NCBI GenBank assembly: GCA_964106915.2
Contig: OZ066919.1
Direction: 5' to 3' (one strand)
Length of the DNA: 64,000 nt
DNA from: Podarcis gaigeae
Taxonomy: Eukaryota
Below the pieces are notes generated by a model. It was not told the DNA's origin, did not search any database, and was given only the letters and a program-made list of their open reading frames with translations. The position numbers and the translations under genes were made by a program. Shown here one piece after another: positions 54,704 to 64,000 of this stretch; position 1 is the first letter of the stretch; each line of letters begins with the position of its first letter.

Positions 54704-54944
54704 TAATGGTACCTTGATTCCTGAACTTAATCCATTCCAGAAGTCCGTTCGACTCCCAAAATGTTCGAAAACCAAGGCACAGCTTCCAACTGGCTGCTGA
54801 AGCTTCCTGCACTCAAGCAGAAGCCGTGTTGGATGTTTGGCTTCTGAAAAAAGTTCGAAAACCAGAACACTGACTTTTGGGTTTTCGGCATTCAGGAGCC
54901 GATCTGTTCGTCAACTAAGCCATTTGAGAACCAAGGTTCCACTG
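54704..54944. mobile_element. Tigger/pogo-like MITE, older copy
   Basis: taatggtaccttg ... caaggttccactg|TA; internal gttcgaaaacca repeats. Confidence 0.75.
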
Positions 54945-55969
54945 TATCTAGTTTTGGGGAATACAGCAAGCACACCTTAAAATGGCCTTTTGACGCATTT
55001 CCAAATATAATCTCAGACATCCACCAAAGGTGCCCTCTTTTTGACAACATCTACTCATCAGGTTCAGACAGCAAATATGGCGTGAAGAGAGGCATTCTTG
55101 GTGGCTCCCTACTCACACCAATTACAAACCTTACTCCAATTATAGAGTCAACAAAATCCAAAACTGATTGCTTTATGGTAGCTTTGCGAGGACTTACTGT
55201 TTAGGGCTGGACTTTGAGGCTTTAATTAGGAAAGGGTGGGGAAATGTCAGTGATTTTTTTAATGTTATGCTAGTCTGTTGGTGGGTTATTTTTTATTTTA
55301 TTTCCCCCTTTTTTTACTCACCCCAAACCTTTGGGAGGAGAGTTATCGGTTTTAATATTCAGATAAAATACTGAATATGAGGCACAGTAATGCATGTAAT
55401 GGAATTCTTGTTTTTCAGATATTATCACAGGAAATTGAGTTCAAGTTATGCTTAAAAGATATGAAAGCTTTGCTAGTTTGGCAGGCCTAACAATGGGCAC
55501 CGCATTTGTAAAATGGCATAGCCCATTAAATGCACTTCAGTCTTTCTTCCCGCCTTTCTTCTAATAAGCCACGTTCCTCAAACATCTTTCCCTGATCACC
55601 AGGTACTAAAAAAATAAAGTTTCCTTCTGCTGTTGCCTACCAGCTTCCTCTCAGCCTCCCCTGACGTGCTGCTGCCAGAGTCTGTGGGTTTCTCTGGACA
55701 CTTTCACTTTTGGAGGTCATCCACTGCGTACTTTTGATAGAACCAATGAAGTATGAAGCTTATCGGCCCACAGATAAAAATCTTAAACACAAAGAAAGTA
55801 ATTACTGAACCTTACTCTGCCAGTCACTAGCACCCACTGGGCCTTTCCAATCTTTCCTTCTCTCAGAGACGGAGGCACATAGGGAAGGTTTCCTGTTAGG
55901 GTGCAATCCCCAAATCCAAACCTCCCTCTTCCTGCTCCAACCCTATACACCCTTGATCCCTGATCTTTT

Positions 55970-56200
55970 CCCTAGCGACGGGGTTTGAGTTCCTTAATGC
56001 AGTTTGTCTGCACTCTGTTTACATTAGACGCAGCTGAGCGGGTGCAGCTACTGGGGTAACAGGCACCGTCACTTTGATTTATGAGCACATCAAGAGGAGT
56101 TTCAGCGTGACACTCTGGACTGACAGGAGCACTTCATTAATCTGACGCCTAGGTTACTCGCTGGCCAATCTTCATGTGCTGCCCCCTCATGCAATATCAT
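55970..56200. promoter_or_regulatory. Candidate intronic enhancer
   Basis: TGTTTAC (FOX), GCTACTGGGGTAAC (RFX-like), TGATTTATG (Pbx-Hox), TGACAG, CCAAT; CpG retention. Confidence 0.4.
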
Positions 56201-57710
56201 CTGGTACACTCGGGCAACTGCCAGAGATGAGGCTCTGTCTGAAAGCTTTTCTCCCTCTCAAGTTTTCTGGAAGCATAAAAGGAACTAGGTTTGTAAGAAC
56301 AGGGACAGCTGGTTTCGCATTCCAAATACACTACTAGAAACAACAACATAACATTACTGGCCTGAGTACACTGTATACTGCTGTCCACATTGGTTGTGAC
56401 AGGATTAACTCATACCTGCCAAAATAAAAATGTTGCTCAACTAAAGGAAGCAGCACTTTGCAAGTCAAAACAAAATAGGTGCCACAAAATTCAGATGCTC
56501 GTCTCAGATTCAGAGTTTCTTCTTATTCTGCTGTCGGCTTGCGGTACTGTATGTGTTTGGACAAGTAACTGTGATTTCTCAGTACCTCAATTACTGCACT
56601 TCTTATAGACATTTGGGCATGAGGGAATAAAGGTGCTGATTTCAAAAGTGCTGAGTTAATATTATTAGAAACAACTATAGACAGGTATAGAACAGATATA
56701 GAATAAATTCAATAAATTAGGAAGAAAAGGCCAACTGGGCAATGGGCTCTGAATAGGCAACATATTCCATGCAAGTGCAGAATTCATACCTTGAGAGTCT
56801 TAACTTTGTGTGTGTTTTTTCCCCTAGCCCAAACAGATGCAGAACTAGGCTTGAAAGCATGCATATTATTCTACATAAAATATCAGAACCTGGGAAATGC
56901 AGAAAAATGTGTAAGAACATACATAAAATTTATGGTTATGATCTAGCTCTAGGCAAAACTCTTTCAAGTCCCACTGACTTCAACAGAAGAGCTTTAAGCC
57001 TGAGTTTGAGTTCTCCCACTGAAATCAATAGAATTTAAGAGGAGTTATTAACTTCTACTGGATAGTGCTCATAAATAAGCTTGTTTTCTGGTGGCATTAT
57101 GGCCAAGCTGCACATGACACCAAGTTGTGTGTAGCTCTTGCCCCCTCCCCTAAAAACAAAATACAGCAATGGTGGCAACAATCTGCCTTCACAGACCTTC
57201 ACCTTTTAAACTATTTCCTCTCCAGGTTTTTTTGGCTGTTGAAAATTGTTCCCTCCCCCCAATATCCTTTTTTCCCCTACAAGGGAAAAGATTTGAGGTA
57301 CATTTATTTCTTCCCACTCTGAGAGGAAAAAGGAGTTGGAAGGGGGAATTTTCAACAGAAGGGGGAAAGGTTAAAAGGCTATTCCTGCATTTCTTCTTTC
57401 TGCATAGGCAGATTTTGAAAAAGAAACCCAGCTGGGGGCGAGGAGGAGAATGACATATAATTCAATATGATTTGTAACCTGGCTCTGAATCCCCACTCTA
57501 AACCTTGAGGAAGGGGTATAAATTTAAATCAACCAATAAATAAGCAAACAGACTATTGCCCACATATTTAAAGTTAGAGAAAAAGTAAGTAACAGCAGCC
57601 ATACTTTGATCAATAGCATTTTACTGTTTCAGAGATTATCTTAAGCATCATATGACCAAAAAGTCACCCCTCCAGATATCAAAACTAGGTTAAGCACTGG
57701 CTGTCCAACC

Positions 57711-57712
<2 letters not shown>

Positions 57713-57756
<44 letters not shown>
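57713..57756. repeat. (TA)n microsatellite
   Basis: About 22 TA units. Confidence 0.97.
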
Positions 57757-57759
<3 letters not shown>

Positions 57760-59416
57760 CAGAGGCCAGTCTAAGGGCCTGTTTATACATTACAGCCAAC
57801 ACATGGAAACAGTCTTAAATCAGAGGTGTGACAGAAAGACTGGTATAACGTTTAGGGGAGAGGAGCAGAAGAGCACCTTGCTTTCATAAGAGCGCTCTAG
57901 AACCTTTAGAGTCTGACCTGAGCATGCATAGTTCCTATTGGGTTCACAGAGAGGTCACAGGTTAATCCTGATATCTGGCCATATGCATAATGCGGCTAAA
58001 TCATAAGGTGACCATACAGTCCTTCATACTGTAATAGTGATTCTGAGCTGCTGATAATTTTGGTTATGCCAGATGGCTTTGTGGTGGAAGCTACTGCAAC
58101 AGAGAATGGAAGAAACTAACAATAAATAGAAGCAGCACACATCACCAGTGACACAGCAGGAAGAATCAAAATCTGTTTGGGGGAGTATACAGAACAGTAC
58201 TGCTGAGCTAGTGCCTTTATCAATCCAACACTAACTGAAGAACTTGATAAACTTCCATCTTTAATGTAAAGAATGTTGAAGAGTGGTGACATGGGAGAGG
58301 CCCTTTTTAGCTGTGGCCCCACAGCTACAGAATATTCTCCAATCAGGCTTCCTTGACACAGATGATACAGGTTAAGGTTGATTGAGAAAGATTGTTGTGG
58401 CCCATATACTGCTGCTATTTTGCTGTTGCTGTGATGCTTGAGGTTATTGTTTTGTTAGCGTACTGATGGTTGCTACATTTTTAACTCCATATTTTTATTC
58501 TGTTTGTAAATCTCCTAGAAACTATTTTTGAAATAGGCAACTAAATAACGATGATAGTGATTATAATAGTAATAACGATGATGATGGTGTTAATCACAAT
58601 AATTCACAACAAGCTGAAATTCATGGTGCTTCAGTAAATATTGGGGGAAATAAACTCTATCAAATACCACAAAAAATAATAATATAGCTAAATCATTCTC
58701 CACTTGTCCTCGCACAAACCTTTGTGGAAAATGCTAAAATAATTCGTTGCATCTAGAATTTTAATTATCTGGCCCAATCACAACACAATTAACTATGCAA
58801 ATATAAAGCTGAAGAAATTCATTGGAGAAGGGTTAAGAAGGGTTTGAGATATGGACATTTGAATCCTGGAAACTCTATTATTCCCTAGAACTAACAGGTA
58901 GCCCAGAAATAAGTTCTGCGGGTTGTGCTATTGTGACAAGCATATCAGATTTTCCAGGTTATCATACACTGCAACGTGTGCTTTCAAGGCAGCAGCACAA
59001 CTGCCAAAGAATGCTTTCACAGCACTCAGTATTATGATGTTGATTCTAGCAGGAGTGCTAATAGCAGGGATGCGGCAAATATCTATGATTTTTGATTCCT
59101 GAAGTGAAAATCATATGTTTGCAGTTGCAGATAAGTGTCTTGAACAAGCAACAGGTTCCCAGACAATTACTGGGGATCCAGGAGAATTTATTTCTATAAA
59201 AAAAAGTAAGTTCTTTTTAAAAGCATAGGAAAATTTAGCTTGTTTCATAGAATAAGGAAGGACAGTCTGCCCCCCCCCCAAATAGGAAGTTACACAATTG
59301 GCCAGTCTATTCTTTTAAAGGAGGAATAATGCACCACTCATTCACAGAAGACATTTCTGAAGTTGCCTCCCCCCCTTTATAAACAAGTTGAACTCACTTT
59401 TCTGCAGAAGTGTTCA

Positions 59417-59704
<288 letters not shown>

Positions 59705-60142
59705 TTATTGTAGTTCAGCGATATCTGGAGCACCAAAGGTTACCCACTGCTGCTCATGCACACTGCTGAAATTGAAGGTGCTTCACTCCTTCCCTGCTCC
59801 TGTTCTCCCAAATAAATCACAAGTAGGAAGCTAAGAACAAACCTTGCTTACAGCCCCTGGCTTGTTTGGAAAGAAAGAAATCGTGAGCCTGGGTTCAGAT
59901 TCTAACACTAGGCCAAACCATGGCTTAGCTTCTGGAGCATGGTGGCAGAAGGAGTGGGGTAGGAGTGAAACACCCACCATTTCAGTAGCATACACAGCAC
60001 ACTGAACAGTCACCTTAAAACTCTAGTTTTGCTTAACTATGGTTTAAAGTGATATGTGAATGAGGTCAGTGTTTGATTTAAAAAAGGGCAGAGTGATTGA
60101 GAATTATATATATGGGCCTCACCATTTCCTAAAATGTTAGCA

Positions 60143-60278
60143 CAGGCATAGGCAACCTTCGGCCCTCCAGACGTTTTGGACTACAATTCCCATCATCCCT
60201 GACCACTGGGCCTGTTAGCTAGGAATCATGGGAGTTGTAGGCCAAAACATCCGGAGGGCCGAAGGTTACCTATGCCTG
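60143..60278. mobile_element. hAT-like 136-bp MITE, opposite orientation to the 13171 copy
   Basis: caggcataggcaacc...ggttacctatgcctg; TSD tgttagca / cgttagca. Confidence 0.92.
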
Positions 60279-63200
60279 CGTTAGCACATTGACAAGGTGT
60301 TACATATATGTTTGGCATTATTTACAATAGCCCCCAAGAAGCAGCTGATTTGAACAGGATCACATAAGGAGTCTGTGGAAGAAAGCTATTTATTTCTGTT
60401 GTACTTTTAGTATAACAATTTTCTTTACAGCTCATCCATCCTCACGAACATCATTTGAAGCTCACTGGCACTCCCATTTTATGAATTCAAACAGAGGTTG
60501 AGAAATGAACTTGTTTAAGAAACCCAGTATTCCACTAATATCTCTCTCTCGTTCTGTGAACTGGATTACACTGGCACTTGTAAAACTGCTTTGGTTTCCC
60601 CAGCACTTCACACTAGATTGATATCATGTGGCTAAGAATTGTGACATTATTTGCAAGTATTGCATTGGAATGCTGGGAGATTCCAAAACTCCTGAGAATT
60701 GTGGGTTTTAAAATGTGAGCCATTTAAACTAGGCTCTTTCTTCCATGCCAGCAACACCCAGAGTAAGGCATTCTTAACTCCACAAGGTTTGGTGTTAAAT
60801 CATCATTTGTAAAGCAGCAGAATCTGGTGGTTGTGCAGGTCACCTTCCTGCTTATGCAGAGACAGAGAAGACTATAGCAATTGCAAATCTTTTGTTTACA
60901 GGGGAAAGAAAAAACCAAGGAAAGAAGACAGGGAAATTATTTCCTCCAAAGATTCTTGCAATGGAAACAGATAGCCAAATGTAATATTTTTCTAAAAGGT
61001 GTGGCAAATACATGTAAAAATTTAAAGGAGAATTCCCAGAACTGAAAGAATATGATTCAACAGACTGTTTTACATGAGCTCCAGGCTGTAACCTCTTCCT
61101 GTCCATCACTACGCCATCTGGGGCGAGATAAATGGGAAAGAGGGAGAGATAGGAAACTGCGTATTTTTGTGTCCAGTACAACCAGAGACTAACTGGTTTA
61201 GAGTTGAAGGAGCTTACTTCATTTGAAACAGACATATATTTATCTTACTATATCAAGCAATTTGTCTGTTATTTGGTTATGCATTGTATTGCTTCATCAT
61301 CACTTGCATCATCATCATCATCATTATTAAATTTGTTAGTCATTTTATCTTGTCCAGGGTAACCCAAAGCAACTTAGAACCAAAGACACAGACAGACACT
61401 ACCACCCCCGCACATAGATAATTAAAGCAAAAAGGGGGGAAAGAAATACAATAAAAACAACTTGCCCACTTCTAAAAGACCACAGATAGTTAAAAGCAAA
61501 AGGCCTGGTTATAGAGGAAAGTTTTTGCCTAATGCCTGAAGATATGTTATGATGGTGCCAGGTGAGTCTCCCTGAGTAGTCCACAAATTTGGAGGTCTGC
61601 TCTTGGGTTGTCTCCTCTAGGCCTCTCATGGAAGAGGCACATGAAGAAGGACCTCAGATGATGATCACAGGGTCTAGGTCAATTCACATGCAGAGGGGCA
61701 GTCCTTGTCCTGAGCTGTTTAGCACCCCAACTTCCTGCTCACCCTGTTCAGTTGGTTTAATCATTGTATGTTAAGATCTTTCTAAGTGCAGTTTCACACA
61801 TGCAGTTTCTCCAAGCTCCCCTTGCACAATTTGCGTGAATAATAATGTTACAGAAGAAAGTCAAAATAGCCAAAGTATGTTTTACAGTCACATCAGAAGC
61901 AAAAAGGTGAAACTGTTACCTGTTTTGCTTTTTAAAACATTAGCATTGTGTCTTTAAGCCTAAAGACAAGCTGTAACAAATTTTAAAATCCATAATATAA
62001 AAAGTAAACAAAACGGCAGAACAAACTCAGAAATCAATACATTAAATTATTAAAGCAAGCCAAATTTTGTGTGTGCCAAACTCAGAGTTTCAAAGGCTCT
62101 CTAAAAAAAACACCAGATCTTTGTCTCCTGTTTGAAGATCAGCAGGGAGTGAAAAGAGCAATTTATAGCATGCCAAAGGCACTTGGCACTCATATGTCTC
62201 TGCCTCCAAGATGCTTACAATCTAGCAAGGGATGAATGCAAGCTAATGCAATGGCATGTAGTAAGTCTTGGTTACATTTGTATACTATGTATGGTGTAGT
62301 CTTTGCAAGTTGCTCAGTTCTTAAATTGTAAATACTCACAAACATACATTTTATTTTAATCTTAGGAAAATAAATTGCCCTGCCCTAAAAATACTTGCCC
62401 TTGTTTCTGGGTGTCCTGGACATGGATTATAAGAAGCAAAAGTTTGGGTTTATTACATAAAAATGCAAATAATAAAATAAATCCTAAAAGTACAATTTAT
62501 TTTTTTCTAAAAAAAATTACACCTCAAAAACTTGAAAATGAGAGTGCGGCTTTTAAATGGTACATATGATTGGGGCTCTGGGGTATCATAACTCACTTCT
62601 ACTTAGCGTCTCTGTTCTGCTATCTATGAAACAGGCATGCCAGCATATACTGCACATAAACACTTAATACTCTACAATGTGACCTAAGATTCCTGGATAA
62701 AGGGTAATGCTCATTGTGTGCTGAGTGGTATTATACAGGGATTTTCAAAGGGGTGCCAATTCTAATTTAATACACTGTGCCCTTCTAAATCTACAAATTT
62801 GGTTTGTTTTCCACAGGAGGGGGCCAGAACCACAGGAGAGGTCGACACAGGTTCTTCAACACTAGGAAAAAAAGCTGGCTCCTGAGGAATGCCCCTGGGG
62901 ATTCTGGGAAAGTCCTTATCAGCTTGTAGTTGACAGTGCTGACAGCAGAAACTTTTCTCTTTATGTCTGCTGAACAGGTTTGGAAAGCCTCCCTGTTTAC
63001 CCAAAAGCCAATCAAAACCTGGTCTCTGTATGGGATTCTGAGAACATTGGGTCAAGAGGTGAGAGGTGTGATGTTTGGTTTTCTTCTTGTGGAGAATGCC
63101 AGCTATTCCGGCCTAGGCTGTTTAATTTGCAGTCAAACATGTTTCTCTATCTGGCTCCAAAGAGGCTCGGAGAAGGAAGGACCCCACCCAAGTTAGTGTT

Positions 63201-64000
63201 TACCCTTTGTTCTTTCCCTGGGGCCAACCTTGACTTCTTATCAGCTTGTATGAAGTAAACAGGTACTGAAGGCAGGAAGAAGGGTGTGGAGGATGCTGTG
63301 TTTTCTTGTTCATTCCCCCTCCCTAGAGAAAGTGTTTATCAAAACAGTTGTGTTTTGTTGGGGGATTTTATTATCTCCTCCCTTCTTCTAACTATTTCGT
63401 AACTGAGAGAGAAAGCATTTTCCTTTTGCCAAGGAAAGTCTGTCTGTCTGTAAAAGTACCAGATCAAGCTGCTAAGGCTGACTTTTTATTCAAACACTCA
63501 ATTCCAAATTAGGGGGCAAGCAAATGTGGTTCAGAGCAGCAAAGAGGAACAGCTAGACAAAGCGTTAGGTCAAAATACATATCTTAATTGGAATAAGGCT
63601 CTCCAGTTATGTGCAGCTACAAAGTAATTCCTAGTGGTGAGAGCACCTTAATTTATTTAGTTGGATAAGAGCACCCTTAATGCATCTTATCTTCTTAAAT
63701 TTCTCATTGACCTGGTCAGCACATCACAAAAAGTCAAACTAGGTCTTTGCTATAGCTCATGGTTAGCAAGGAGAGAGCTGAACTACAAGCCCACGTTCAG
63801 ACAACAAAACCAACCAAACACTCTTGATACATCCTTGATTTGGATGCAAAGTCTTTTAACACAAGGAATATTTGAATTAAGCGCTGGTTGACTATCCCGC
63901 AATCTTCACATCTGCAGAACTGTCCATTCTCCATGAAAGTGTTTATGGAGATATTTGGCAACTTTCCAGGATGCAGATTAAACTCAAGAATTTTCATCTT

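Overview
Vertebrate genomic DNA, most likely a squamate (lacertid-like lizard, judged from the Sauria-type and tRNA-derived SINEs). The window holds the 3' portion of FOXP4 on the minus strand. I traced 13 coding exons (59545 down to 12115), all with GT-AG boundaries and consistent phases, giving about 532-533 aa. They encode the end of the Q-rich region, the C2H2 zinc finger, leucine zipper, forkhead domain and acidic tail. The N-terminal exons lie beyond the window end. A probably very long (~10 kb), transposon-poor 3'UTR follows. The introns contain many MITEs (hAT-like, Tc1/mariner-like), SINEs, CR1/L2 fragments, a solo LTR, a Penelope-like hairpin, microsatellites and several enhancer-like blocks. 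The supplied ORF track is mostly noise. I found no wholly new system. The best leads are: (1) a CtBP-type PLNLV motif built across a splice junction with competing in-frame acceptors; (2) an in-frame alternative donor in the Q-rich region; (3) a fold-back element and miR-9 sites in the long 3'UTR; (4) a Penelope-like inversion hairpin.
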